Notes: a model not told the origin generated them from the sequence alone. A stretch of 64,000 nt of DNA from Anolis carolinensis (GCF_035594765.1 NC_085841.1:210498155-210562154); one strand, 5' to 3'; shown: positions 12,330 through 25,743, counted from the first letter of the stretch. Numbers and translations are program-made.

Positions 12330-13090
12330 TTGGACACTTGTGAGGGGGATTTAAGGGAGAGTCTTGAAAAGCTGTGCTATTGGCAGCACAGGATGATGAA
12401 CAGAGAGGATATAGTAACATGCAACATTTGTGCCATGTTTGTCTTCTTGTTACTGGCTGTACCTGTTACAGGTGGAAACAGGTTGGCGTGATGGAAGAAA
12501 AGGTGCAGCTTGGGGCCTGCTTGTCAGGAAGGGCAAAGCTTTTCGGAACGATTTGGAGCAGGCTGTCCTTGAAAGGTAAGGCATGGATGGAAGCTCTCCT
12601 TCCTAAGCGAAGAAGAGATGTATGGTAATAATAGGTGCTACCTTGTTGAGAGGAAAAGAAGCAGTGATGTGCAGGCCTGATAAGATGTCTTGAGATGTGT
12701 GCTGTCTCTCAGATGTGAATAATCATGTTATAGCACTGAGACTGACAAGATTCATCAGCTCCACCAATGACGACCCCTTTCTTCTAATCCATGTTGGGAC
12801 ATATGATATTTTAAGATATAGCCTGCAACATATTGCAAGGGAATATGAGTTATGTGGGGAAGTTAAAGACTTTGAGACACATGTTACTATTTTATAGCTC
12901 TTTCTTACTGAAGAATGTGGACAGGAAAGGTCTAGAAAAATACTGCAATTGAACAACCAACCACAGAAAATGTTTGGTTTCTTGGACTATAGTCTGCACT
13001 TGCATGAAGGGAAGCTTCATCTTACAGTGCTTGGTAAAAAAACATTTGCTTGGAGTTTTGCAAACCTGATCAGAAGTGATATAAACTGAA
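12330..13090 (+). mobile_element. Degraded CR1 ORF1 (zinc finger plus SGNH esterase)
   Basis: VTCNICAMFVFL and IIGATLLRG..CRPD..VCCL..LIHVGTYD match CR1 ORF1 motifs. Confidence 0.8.
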
Positions 13091-13958
13091 TTACACGAGG
13101 GAGGGAGGCAAGCAATATTCCAGAAGGAAGGGAGACATCCAGCATTGGAAACCAAAGCCTGAATTATACAGCAGAGCCTGGGCCAATAGTACAAGAACCC
13201 CAAAGTAGGCAGGGGAAAAAACCAAGACAACAACTGGAGATGATGTCTCTACTTCAGACCTGCACAACCTGGCAATAGGTAGAGCCCAATATTAAAATAG
13301 GTTAAAAAAAAACGGGCTGCCAATAAACCATATTATTAAAAAGGTAAAACAAATGGTCTCTACCTGGGAGAAGGTGGGGGAGGGAAGGAGAGAGAAAGTC
13401 AATGCTACTTTAAGCAAAAGCCATATTTCCAGTAAGAACATGCGGGTGATCAACTGGACCCTGCCAGCCAAGTCTTTGGGAAGGAAGGCAGTCTCTCTTT
13501 TGGACACAAAGTTCTAAGGATGGTTCTCAAAAAGAGAAGGGACATATTCTTATTCTAATATGGCAACAGGAAATAAGTGGGGCTTGGGCATGCCCGGCAG
13601 AACAGGAGTGGAGGAAACTGTTTTGTTGGGGGCGGGGAGGGGAGAGACCTTGAGTGTGTGCCCTTCCCTTGGTTTCCTCTTCCGCAGGAGGAAGGAGACT
13701 GCTCTCAATTTCCTTCCCGGGCAGTTCTGCAATCATCCTATTGTGATCGCTGCTTCGGTAAGAGTTGTTGTCCCAGCCCCTACCACTGCCTCCTCTGCAA
13801 TGAAAGCTCTCAATCCCTCATTTGCCAATCTCCTTGTTTGTTCTTCAAACTATGATCTCAAATCTGTGACTCAGAGATCTGCAATCCTGATACTGCAACG
13901 TGTAGTCGAAGGAAAGAGAGAATAATAAACTGGAGGGAGGGGGAGGAAGACTCTGGAT

Positions 13959-14080
13959 GAATGGTTCTCAACCTATTGGTCCCCAGGACTCCCAGAAATT
14001 CCAGCCAGTTTACCAGCTGTTAGGATTTCTGGGAGTTGAAGTTCCAAAACATCTGGGGACCCACAGGTTGAGAACCCCTG
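13959..14080. mobile_element. Short hAT MITE (same family as 890-1020)
   Basis: TIRs plus TSD CTCTGGAT/TTCTGGAT. Confidence 0.85.
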
Positions 14081-14559
14081 TTCTGGATCCTACTAGAACT
14101 TTGAGTGAAGGAAATTGAAACAACTTACAAGGAAACTTCCTGGGAAGGAAACTTTTGGAGGTTGTTGGGCTGATGTGGTGTGGACTTTTGGCTGTAGAAA
14201 CTTAAGAATAAAGAAAACCTGAAGCCAAGAATGGCGCTGAGCCTTGTTTTTCTTTGACATCCTCTACATTTTTTGCATGCTGCCCAAAATCCTTTGGTGG
14301 GCTGAAAGCCCATGGACCACATGTTGTGCAGATCTGCTCTACGCCAATGAAGAGAGCATGGAAAATAAACAAAATGAACCTGAAAACAGAGAAAGTCTTA
14401 TATGATTTAACAGGCATTCTTGAACCTTAATAGGATGAGTCTCATGATTACAACACAGTAATGAAATTCTATAACCTATTCCAAAGAGAAGAAGCAAGAG
14501 TAACATTTTTATACCTAGGATGTGCATACCTGTGTGATCAATGACTTAAAGCTTAGAAA

Positions 14560-15255
14560 TATGGGAATGTTGACAGCATTTTGGTAAAACTTACAGGAGA
14601 TACAAACAACAGTGACATCATTCTGAAGGTTTACTACATGTTCCTCCAAGTCAGACTGATGATTTTAGTGAAGCCCAAACAAATGACAAAATATTTTTTT
14701 AAATGAGATATAGTCATGATGGACTTCAACCACCCACATGTTTGTTAGAAATCAAATTCAGCCAAGAACATGAGGTCTAACAAATTCCTCACCAGCCTTA
14801 TCAACTTTGCAAATGACACCAAATTAGGTGAGGGTAATGAGCACCCCAGAGGAAAGCATCATATTTTAAAATGACCTTGACATACTAATTAATTGGATAA
14901 AACCAACAAAATTATTTTCAACAACTAGGCAAGAAAAATGAAGTGCATGGATACAGGATGGCTGATGCCTCACTTGAAAACAATACATGTGAAAGTGATA
15001 TTGGGGTCTTAGAAGACCACAAACTAAACACGAGTCTACAGTGTATGGTAATGATTAAAAGAACCAATGCAATTCTAGACTGCATTAATAAGAACATAGT
15101 GCCCATATCAAATGAAGCCGTGATGCCATTCTAATTTGCTTTGGACAGATCACTCCTAGAATGCTTTGTCCAGTTCTGAATATCTCATTTCAAAGACAGC
15201 AATGACAAACTAGAACATGTCCAAGAAAGGGTGAGTAGGGTGATCAATAACCTAG
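14560..15255 (+). mobile_element. Degraded CR1 ORF2 (endonuclease piece joined to RT C-terminal piece)
   Basis: MDFNHP, FANDTKLG, DIGVLEDHKLN..QC..NAILDCI and LEHVQ motifs, with a large internal deletion. Confidence 0.82.
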
Positions 15256-16098
15256 GGAGCTTAATCACACCACTAACAAAGGATGGATAACTATTTTTAG
15301 TCCCATAAGTTGAATACCAATTGGTAGGTAAAAGCAAGTGGGAAGGCTGCATGTCAGCAACAGGCAAAGAGTACAGCTGGAGTAGGCTGCACTAAAACAA
15401 AATGAGCAGGACCAAATTTTTTACCAATTGAGGAATCTTCCAACCAAGCATAAACAAACACAACAGAGTTCTATGCATGTCTCCTCATGAAAAAGTGCAA
15501 GAAAAATGGCTTCCCTACTAGTAGGCCCCCGCTGAGTTTCATGCAGGGGATTTAAAGTGTAAATCCCTTTAAATCCCTTCTTATCTCCAACTGTGAGATT
15601 AAACTTCCCTATCCCTGTTTTACATCATCTCTTCAAATTATTTCTCAATGTCTTACTTATCCTTCAATGACCATCACAATCCAATGTGAGCTTATGAGTA
15701 CAGAGAAGCAGGGGCTACATGCAGAAAAGGATGCTGAATGTGAAGTTCCTAGTGTTGGGTTGTAGATAGAGCTTCCAGAGCCATATATTGAGAAATACAT
15801 GCTTGGTGCACCCCAACAGCTAGCCAATTGAAATAGTCAATATTAGTTTTCCTTTAAAGAGTAGGACAGTGCAGAGGGAGGGATGTTATTCAGCCTTCCA
15901 ATTTAACTTAGTATATGAGTGATCTTAAAGCTGAACACAACAATTGTTTTGCTTTAGCTCTGTACAGGAACTAAGAAGGAACAGGGTGGTATTGAAGGGG
16001 ATGGAAGGCTATGCTGGCACCTTTGGCAGAGAGTTACTTAATTAAATTTGTAACAGAATTTGTTTTGTGAGATTTATTCACTGTTTAATGTGATTGAC

Positions 16099-16416
16099 GG
16101 AGCCCTGGTGGTGACGTGCGTTAAAGCACTGAGCTGGAGACCAAAAGGTCCCAGGTTCAAACCCCGGGAGCAGAGTGAGCAGCTGCTGTTAGCTCCAGTT
16201 CCTGCCAACCTAGCAGTTCGAAAACATGCCAATGTGAATAGATCAATAGATACCACTCCGGCGGGAAGGTAACGGCGCTCCATGCAGTCATACCAGCCAC
16301 ATGACCTTGGAGGTGTCTACGGATAATGCCGGCTCTTCGGCTTAGAAATGGAGATGAGCACCAACCCCCAGAGTCAGACATGACTGGACTTAATGTCAAG
16401 GGAAACCTTTACCTTT
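16099..16416 (+). mobile_element. Sauria SINE, full length
   Basis: tRNA-like head, central CCTGCCAACCTAGCAGTTCGAAAACATG, (ACCTTT) tail, 15-bp TSD TTTAATGTGATTGAC. Confidence 0.93.
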
Positions 16417-16529
16417 TTTAATGTGATTGACATAATATTTTATATTCTGTGCGTTTACCTATTTTAGCTACCCAGTATAGTGTACAAGCATCAGAACAGC
16501 AGAATTTAATCTATCTAAAATGTTTTTTC

Positions 16530-16785
16530 TTTGATTTGTGAATACCTCTATTTGCATGCATGTACATAATTAGGTATCTAGGAGACGGGACTCACATCTA
16601 TACACAAAATTCATTTATGTTTCATATACATTTTATATACATAGCCTGAAAGAAATTTTATGCAATATTATAAATAATTATGTGCATGAAACAAAGTTTC
16701 TGTACATTGAACCATCAGAAAACAAAGGCCTCATCCATGTCGACAATTTTGAATTTCAGAATTTAAGATAAGGAATGTTAACATG
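16530..16785. mobile_element. MER46/Tigger4-like DNA transposon remnant
   Basis: AAATTCATTTATGTTTCATATAC..CATAGCCTGAA..GTGCATGAAACAAAGTTT..TGTACATTGAACCATCAGAAA resembles the MER46 consensus as I recall it. Confidence 0.6.
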
Positions 16786-17407
16786 TATGAAATAAAATAC
16801 ATCAACATACACCAGTTAATAAAGCCTCAGACAAAGAAACTTTTTCCTAAGTATTTTTACAGGAGCCAAGGCTAGCTCCACCTTTTCTTATCTTCTGTCT
16901 CATTGGAAGGCTTTTCCCTTCTACCCTGGCATTGGGAAAATGGTGAAGGAAAGCTGAGTTGCAGCAGTGTGTCTGCAATAAACACTGCAATAAGGTTTGA
17001 CCTGGAAATAAATCTTACTACAGCTGTGTGCTTATGAACAACATCTGCCTCCAAAATCACTTCACTGAGCATGAGTGAAGAGCAAAACAGGGAAAGCAGA
17101 TTAGCCTGCCTCGCAAGTTAACACTGCATATTGGAAAAAAAAAAAACCAGATGTATAAATGTTGCCACCAAAACTGAAATTATAAGAAAAGTGGAGGTTG
17201 ATGATAAACAAATTTGGTTTGGAAGAAGCTTTCAAGGGATATCTAAAAGATTTAAAATGTTTTTGCGTACTTATGCAAGGCTTAGCTGACCTGGTTGTTT
17301 CATTTCACATGTGTATGATGTTAGTTCTAAATAAAAAGTTTGCTGAAACTGGCAAACTTTTTTTGTGGTATAGGAACCTATCTCTATTCTTTCCTTGCTA
17401 TTTCTAG

Positions 17408-17950
17408 GGGCACATCTACACTGAAACTATAATGCAGCTTGGAACTGGAAGGAACTGTTTTTGCTGCACAGATGATTAGACTGACAGGTCTGGAATTGGT
17501 TTGAGGCCAGATGGGTGATGACATTAACTATGGAACCTAGCCTCAAACCACTGTATGGGGATTTTTTCCCAGTTTCAAGGAGAGATGTGCACCAGTGCTC
17601 CAGAGGCATACAGGATGAAAGAGAAAGAAACTAATGGGAGCACAGGTACTCAATTACCCCCCCCCCCCAGGGGGCTGACTAGCCATGCCCTTGAACCGCT
17701 TTTCAGCAGTCCCCCTTCTGTTTGATAATGTGCTTCAGAAGGGTGGATGTCTACAATGTGCTTCGCATTTTGTGGAGTTGATTTTACCCTGGATTTGAGA
17801 TACACTGGCATCTGTTACAGTGGATTATCTGATTGAACTTGGATTTTCCTTTAAATTTGTGCTGCAGCACACATTGACGCTATGCATTCTGTAGTCACTG
17901 TAGTTTCATGTTGCCTCGAAGCCGCATTATAATGTCAGTGTAGAGGAGGC
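17408..17950. mobile_element. Possible PIF/Harbinger-like MITE
   Basis: Inverted ends TCTACACTGA..TATAATGC / GCATTATAA..TCAGTGTAGA. Confidence 0.55.
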
Positions 17951-18260
17951 ATATGTTTGGTACCGAAGTTTCTGTTAAAGATGGAAAGCCTAGGAACGCA
18001 TCTACCTTGTTACCTTAGCAAACAGAATACAGTTCATACAAGAACTGTGCTGACTAACATTTGGAAATGGAGTACAGACCAACAGCCTCCAACATCACCA
18101 AAATGTTTTGGGTGGGAACTACAGTACTTGGATGGAAAAGGTCCCCATGGTCATTTGATAAAGTGATGGGATTCCTGTAGGTGTTAATATCTAATGGCGA
18201 TGAGCAACTTGCCATCTTTCAAATTTTGTAGCCCTCCAAATGTTGCAGTTCCTATTAGTA

Positions 18261-18571
18261 GGTAAAAGTTAAGGTTTTCCCCTGACATTAAGTGCAGTTG
18301 TGTCCGACTCTGGAGTTTGGAGCTCATCTTCATTTCTAAGCCGGCGTTTTCCGTAGACACCTCCAAAGTCAAGTGGCTGGCATGACTGCATGGAGCGCCG
18401 TTACCTTCCCACTGGAGCAGTACCTATTGACCTACTCACGTGTGCATGTTTTCGAATTGCTAGGTTGGCAGAAGCTGGAGCTAACAGTGGGCACTCACTC
18501 CGCTCCCTGGATTCAAACCTGCAACCTTTTGGTCCGCATGTTCAGTAGCTCAGCACTTTAATAGGTGCTCC
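18261..18571 (-). mobile_element. Sauria SINE
   Basis: Reverse-complement homology to 16099, with duplicated TATTAGTA flanks. Confidence 0.9.
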
Positions 18572-20321
18572 TATTAGTACCATCCAGTATATCTGGATAG
18601 AACGATGAGAGTTGCAGTCTTAGACTTGCACCCTGCTAATCCTTTAAAACAAAAGATCCCTCAAGTAAGAACTTATGCAAGTCCATTGAATCCAAGGCCA
18701 TGGTTCTATAAAAGCTACACTGCTGAGCACCATGGATTTGGATTTTTGTGTTAACACTCGTGAGACTGTTGTGAATTGGGCCGCACTGATTCATTAATTA
18801 CAGAAGCAATTATGCTTTTTTGCAGTTGGCCAAAGATTCTGGTAGTTGTTGTCCAAAGGGTTACACCTCCCCCACTTCTGATCTTGCTGTTGTCAAGTCA
18901 TACTGCTGGCTCAGCTGATAGGAAAGTATGGCCAAAGAGTTTATGTGAGTCCAATTACTAAATACCCCTGCTGAAATGAAAGGCAATGACTTTTGGTGGT
19001 GAGCACAAATACAGAATTCAGAAATATCTTACATTTTCCACAGCTTTGCCTTCCGTCATAAGCCCTTACTCCTAAAACTGGGCAATAAAATAATGGGATA
19101 CTACAGATAACAATCTAATGGTTCCATCTATACCAAAATGTAAGAACCTACCCCATGCTCTCCTGCGGAGTAAGGACAAAATGCAGGACTGTGCAGATGA
19201 CTTCAAGGATGGCACAGGGAGCTTAGAAACATAGAAAAGCTCACATAATTTCCCTGTTGTAAAGCAGTAATGTATCACTATTACTATTCTAAGCACAAAA
19301 AAGAATGCTACATGAGGAAGACTAGGGGGATTCTGGGAACGTTAGTCCACAAAATGAACTTTTCAAATCTCTGCTAATGCTCCATCCTGTCAAGCCCTCA
19401 GCTCCCTCTTGCGACTGTTGGAAGTTGTAGCAAGGGTTTACTCTCCTCCCTTTCTTTGAATGGAAAGCGGAGATGGTTTGCAAACCGAGTTCATTTGTTT
19501 CTTCTAGGATGCTACAGCAACTGCTGCATAGCACAAAACAAAAACTTACGCTACAAGGGCTAGAGACCATGATTGGACATGGCAGCCCATTCTAACATAA
19601 ACGTATGTGAAATAACACCGTAACTAATTTCCCCATGCAAACATAAAATATGGCCAAAGAAAACATGACTAAAAAAATGTGCAAGGGAAATCAAGACTGA
19701 ATTTTCAGTATAACTGAAAGCTTAATCTGCATTATCGTGTTTTCTTAACATATATTTTTAATGTTTATTTAAAACAAAAATCTCCAAATCGGCCTTCTGT
19801 TTCTAACCTAACATTCACAGCCAATTTAATACACTAACATCATCAATCACTAGAGACAAGGAACTACTGGCTGCGTTCCTGGAGTCAGTTCACACAAGCC
19901 ATACCCCCCACACTTTTACACACATCTAAGTTGGTGTCAAATTCTGTTTACTTCTGTTTATTCTACTTCTGACAGTTCCCCACGCTATAAACCATTTAGT
20001 GTCCTAAATATACCTTTTAAGCGCGATGAAATACCGGTTTCGAAATTGAACAAGGTATGATATATACTTCCTTACTAATTTCTCAACGAAACTGACTCGC
20101 TGCTACTGGGTACAGTTATAGTTCAGAATACTGCCGTAGGATAAGCTTAGCAGGGTGGAGGAAATCTAGTATTGTCTAAGATAGACATTTTTCCTAATGT
20201 TGACGACTTTTTCTAAGAGATATTAGATCCATAGTGGAAATTTCAACGACAGGATCAGACCTTTATAATACTCTGTAACAAGAATTAGCAAAATTAAAAG
20301 CCAGCAAACAAAAAGACTCAC

Positions 20322-20342
20322 CCTCACGTAGCTCCTTTGCTG
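20322..20342 (-). other. Candidate 21-nt microexon (or end of a short first coding exon)
   Basis: attctcttcaag|CAGCAAAGGAGCTACGTGAGG|gtgagt has a near-consensus donor and a NAGNAG acceptor. An in-frame ATG at 20367 would give MFENYSLQAAKELRE. Confidence 0.3.
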
Positions 20343-20423
20343 CTTGAAGAGAATAATTTTCAAACATAATGAATTCAAATGTAATGTGTACATGGTTTTT
20401 ATAAGAGCTGGGTCTTATCAATA

Positions 20424-20743
20424 CAGTAGAGTCTCACTTATCCAACATAAACTCGCCGGCAGAACGTTGGATGAGTGAATATGTTGGATAATGAGGGATT
20501 AAGGAAACGCCTATTAAACATCAAATTAGGTTATGATTTTACAAATTAAGCACCAAAACATCATGTTATACAACAAATTTGACAGAAAAAGTAGTTCAAT
20601 GTGCAGTAATGCTATGTAGTAATTACTGTATTTACGAATTTAGCACCAAAATATCACGATGTATTGAAAACATTGACTACAAAAATGCGTTGGATAATCC
20701 AGAACGTTGGATAAGCAAGTGTTGGATAAGTGAGACTCTACTG
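20424..20743. mobile_element. Tc1/mariner MITE (CAGTAGAGTCTCACTTATCCAAC family)
   Basis: Long perfect TIRs and TA TSD. Confidence 0.93.
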
Positions 20744-23446
20744 TAGATCATTTCACCATATTAACTAGTATTCAGTTAAGAGTTCTTTCCTATCTTTGCT
20801 GGAAACAGTCCTTGATTTTCTTTCAACATAGGGCTGAATGGAGACTGGACTAATGATGACGGGGCGGGAACTCTATTTTAATTTTCTAGCAGGCAGCATG
20901 CCCCACATTTATTAGCCTCCTTATTGCAGGTCTATTTTAATTGTTATCTGCTCACACATGCTACATTATATAATGAAATGCTCCCATTTCACTCAATGAG
21001 TAGTAAGGATTTTTATGTGTACATCCATAATGACCCTTAATTAAGCTGATTTTAGTAATTCAAATGTGACTTTTCTTCCGGTCAACAAGATCCACACACC
21101 TCCTCCGCCCCAAGAGAAAGGTTGGCAGTGATTCCTTTTAAAGTGTTTCTTATTTAACAGAAGCAAGAATAATTGCACTACGTTCCAGAGAGCTGCAACA
21201 TAGTCCATCCATAACAGAAGTCCACATTATTTTCAACACACATTAGTGCAAGTGCTCTCATGTTTCATCAAGCTATTAAATCGTGTTTAGTTAACCTTTA
21301 AATGAAGCCACTGAAAATTTGCCACAGCAGAATTCACAGTGTAAATAAAGGCAACAACTAATGAAATAATATATATTTTATATATCTATAGAGAGAGAGA
21401 AAGAGAGAGAGGAGGGGGTATTTGTGAAATACTAATTGCATTTTTAATACGTTCCAAATACCAATTATGTACAAAATACCAAACTGTTTATAATAAAAGA
21501 TTGAATTAATATCTAGTACAAAGGCCCATTAAGCTATCATATATAAGCAACTGATTGCTGGCTGAATGGTATTTTGCTTAATCAAGCATAAAATAATTAG
21601 CTATTTCCAAGATTGCTGGGCCAAGTTATAGCAAATATTGTCCAACTGTATTTGTTCTGATTTCAAAATCGTTTAGTAATTAAAAACAATTGCTAGTTTT
21701 TGAACTCCTATTTTAATAGTTTTATATGTTTAACACATTTAGGACTGGATAGAAAAGAATAGGCAACAATGTTCTTCGGCTTATTACAATATTTCTAACC
21801 TCTAAGATTTTGTTCCTCTATGAATTGACAGGCAACTTGAAAGGATGCATACACACATCAATTTATAGGCAAATGTTTAAATACATAAAGAAATGTTAAC
21901 TATTGAAATGTTTCTCTCTCTTTTGGAACAAGTTTGAAGTTTTTAAATATCTAGCCAAAATGGAGGAGGGGGTAAAGCAAACTATGAACTATATCAAGTC
22001 AAATAAGAGTGTTGAAGTGTGATTTCTTTTAATTTCAGTTTTTTCAAAGATATTTCAGTGGTCCAGAGAGAGACAGCAAATACTGCAAACAGAAGATTAA
22101 TATACAGTACAGAGTTTAATAAAGGGAAAACCCCAAACATGCTGTGATATGCTGTGATATGCAGATGTTGGCAAGGAGGGGCATGGGAAGAAAGAAAATG
22201 CACGTGTCTTTGAAAGCTTCACCATTACATGATTAAAGTTTTTTGGCAAGTCTGTGTAACCTGTACAAGAGAAGAGGGGCTCACATTTCACACTCAATAA
22301 CCTGTGTATTAGCAGAAGAAAAGAACAACACAAAAAGTGCCTTGGGCAGAAGCTTAAACTGATTGGGCAAAAAAGGAAGACAAGGGCTCTTGAAATTAAA
22401 CAAAAGCAAATTCACTCTATTGACAGATGTTGGTTACATCAAAGCAACCACACAACTTTTCCTTCTTCTTAGCCACTAGTCATATTTCCTAGAAACAACT
22501 ACGGTATATCTTTAAGCATCATTAAAAAAAAAACCAGTACAAATGTTGTGAGAAGAGGACCTTAAGATAAGGAGGCTTTTTGAAACAACAAGGGATTTTA
22601 TGTGCTCATATCTCAGCACCCGTATGTTGGTTATGTCAGCCTGAGCCTTTTACTTCCAGGGGTTAACCATTCTGGCAGCCAAATAAAACACTGTGGGATC
22701 CAAGCAATTACAAATATAGTCAAAGGCCAGGCTCTATTTTGAAATCTATTTGCACAGACAAGGTCTTCCAATTTAACTTACAGGAAACAAGCCAGATGGT
22801 TTCCTCCTTTCTCCTCCATGCCCAAAAATCATGGCCAAGTGACAGGACCCTCAGAAGAAAGTCTAGCCTCAAGGAAAACAATTCTCATGTGTTCCTTCCC
22901 TTCTCACTCTGTCCCCATCACAACACTTCACAAATACTAATCTCTGAAACCCCTACCTAAACAGTCCTGAAGGCTTGAGCCAGCAGGTAAGAACTGCCTC
23001 CTCTTTCCGTTTGCTTCTTTTGTGAATCTAAACCTCCAAAGGAAATGGCCCACACCCAGCAAACCTCCAAGCCAAACCTGCATGTATACAAGGAGATTCC
23101 TTAAGCTGCAGGGTTTTGATATCTGCATTGCCAGTTCTATGTTTGGGGAATTGGTAGTAATGATGGACAATATACTCCCAGTGGAGTCCCCTTCTCTGAG
23201 TGGGGCCACCACGTCATTGCCATTCACTACTGCCTCTGTGACAGTAACTTGTCTGGCTGAGTTTTCAACTGCCCAGAGGAAAAATGCAAGGCAATTGATG
23301 AATGTTGCTGCTTCTCCTCAATGTTCCCACTTTTCACTAATTTGGGGAGAGCTTTGGTAAACCAACATCTCTGGGTGACACACAACAAATGAAAAATTAC
23401 AGTAAATGTTCATCTGTCACAGATTTTATATGCGACTACATTTGTC

Positions 23447-23711
23447 CCAGGTTCAAGACCCGGGAGCGGCGTGAGCAGCCGCTGTTAGCTCCAGCTCCTG
23501 CCAACCTAGCAGTTCGAAAAAATGCCAATGTGAGTAGATCAATAGGTACCGCTCCGGCGGGAAGGTAACAGCGCTCCATGCAGTCATGGCGGCCACATGA
23601 CCTTGGAGGTGTCTACGGAAAACGCCGGCTCTTCGGCTTAGAAATGGAGATGAGCACCACACCCCAGAGTCAGACATGACTGGACTTAACGTCAAGGGAA
23701 AACCTTTACCT
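23447..23711 (+). mobile_element. 5'-truncated Sauria SINE
   Basis: Homology to 16099 and TSD TACATTTGTC. Confidence 0.92.
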
Positions 23712-24230
23712 TACATTTGTCATATCATAAGAACAGAGGAGGGTGAACAAATATTGAACATTTATTAGCCAAAATAGATAGTGGCTTGCACTCAGACCTG
23801 CACTGAAATCCTGGTTTGCTATCAGTCAGTGCACAGAGTGTTGAGTCAGTATCTTTGGCAGTTCAATTCCATATTGATTGGGGAAACTGTAAGTTTCTCT
23901 TAAACTGTAAGTTTAAGTATACTTAGGACTACAGCCTCAATTTCTCACCTCACTTAGAGAAGGGGAAACAGTAAGTTGTCTCATTCAGTAAAGTGTGTGC
24001 TTACTAAATACATGATTCTGTTTCTTAGCATGACACCACAATTTATGTTATGGAAATACACACAGACAATGACACATGCAGATCAAAAAGCACACACTAA
24101 TGTCAAACACAGAAGCAGAACCACGATAGGGAATTTGTATACAATAAAGGTGGAACAGTTGAGACAAAACCGAACATGGTCTTCAGTGTCTTCGTTTGAG
24201 CTCTATGGCACAAAATATACTACCGGTATA

Positions 24231-25743
24231 TTAGCTTTGCCCGACCACGCGTTGCTGTGGCTTATGGGAATCCTTTGTTGGCCAGGTGGAATAGCAGTGA
24301 ATAGCCTTGCAGCTTCAAAGCTTGGCCGTTTTCTTCTTATGGGAGTCCTTGTTTGGTGAGCTGGAAGCATGGAATAGGCTTGCTGCTAGGAAGGCTGGGT
24401 ACTTGTGTTCTAGAGGAATTGTTTTTTGGGCTGCTAGAATTGCAACGAATAGCTCCACAGCTTCAAAGCCTGGCTGCTTGCTACCTAGGGGAATATTTGG
24501 TTGGTCAGCTTTATAGTACAGAATATTATCACTGCTTCAAAGCCTGGCCGACTTCTACCAAGGTTAATCCTTTGTTGGTCTGGTCGAATTGCAATGAATA
24601 GCCTTGCAGCTTCAATGCCTAGCTGTGTTATAACTATTGGAATCCTTGTTTGGTGAGCTGGAGTAGCACCCTCAATCAAAAAGCTGCTTTGAAGCCTGTC
24701 TACTTCCTTTGTAGGGGAATCATTGTTTGGCCAGCTTGAATTGCACTGAATAGTCTTGCAGCTTAAAAGCTTGGCTGCTTTCTACATAGGGCATCTTTGC
24801 TAGGCCAGGTTGAATGGGTCGGAGTAGCCTCGTGGCTTCAGAGCTTGGAGGTTTTCTATCTAGAGGAAAGCTTGGTTGGCCAGGTTGAATAGCACTGAAT
24901 AGCCTTGCTGCTTGCAAGCCTGGCCGCTTTCTACCTTACGGAATCCTTGGTTGGCCAGTTTGAATAGCAATTAATAGTCTCAGTGTGGCAGGTATGAATG
25001 CTGCAATTAGCCACCTTGATTAGCATTTAATGGCCTTGCAGATTCAAAGCCTGTCTGCTTCCTGCCTGGGGGAATCCTTTGTTGGGAGGTGTTAGCTGGC
25101 CCTGATTGTTTCCCTTCTGGAATTCCCAATTTCCCTGCTTTCAGAATGTTGCTCTTTATTTACTGTCCTGGTTTTAGAGATTATATTGTTCTATATTATT
25201 ATACCACAGTAATTATTACACATTATATTTATAATCTTATTTTATCTGCTTAGAACTCCTACACAGCTGTATAAAATCCACACTGAACTGGATTATATGG
25301 CAGTGTGTACTCTAGAAAATCCAATTCAAAGGAGATACTGTGGATTATCCTGCCTTGGCATTCTGGATAATATAGCTGTGTGGAAGGGCCTTGAGTCTAC
25401 ACTGCCATATAATCCAGTTCAAATCAGATAATCTGTATTTTATAGGCTGTGTCAAAGAGGCCTAACTGCCTGTGCCCTGGGCGCCATCTTGGCTGAGGGA
25501 GTTGCTAGGACACGAAGGGGGCGGGGCCTAAAGGCAGCAGAGCCTACTTTTCTAACTGGCAGTTAAGGGAGAAAAGCTCTTCCTCATCCTCTATAATTTG
25601 GACTATTTTTTCTAGGTTTTTTTTAATTGAAAGACATATATTGGATGACTATGTCTTTTGTGGCCAAATTTGGTGTGATTGGGTTCAGTGGTTTTGTTGT
25701 TTACTCCATAGTAAAATGAACATTACATTTTTATATATATAGA
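24231..25743 (-). mobile_element. Non-autonomous mosaic Helitron H1
   Basis: The minus strand starts TCTATATATATAAA and ends with hairpin GCCACAGCAACGCGTGGT followed by CTAA (variant CTAG) and T. Internal Penelope-derived 60-bp repeats and MITE pieces. Confidence 0.85.

Noticed and set aside
13290-13930. Purine/pyrimidine-skewed region with several ORFs
   Set aside because: Possibly a LINE 5' remnant, but no diagnostic motif could be identified.
20023-20095. C/D snoRNA-like boxes (GCGATGA ... CTGA)
   Set aside because: Box C is non-canonical, the terminal stem is poor and no guide target was recognised.
20322-20333. ELRE peptide resembling the LAR-family PTP mini-exon B
   Set aside because: No AG directly precedes the 12-mer, and no Ig or FN3 exons are recognisable nearby.
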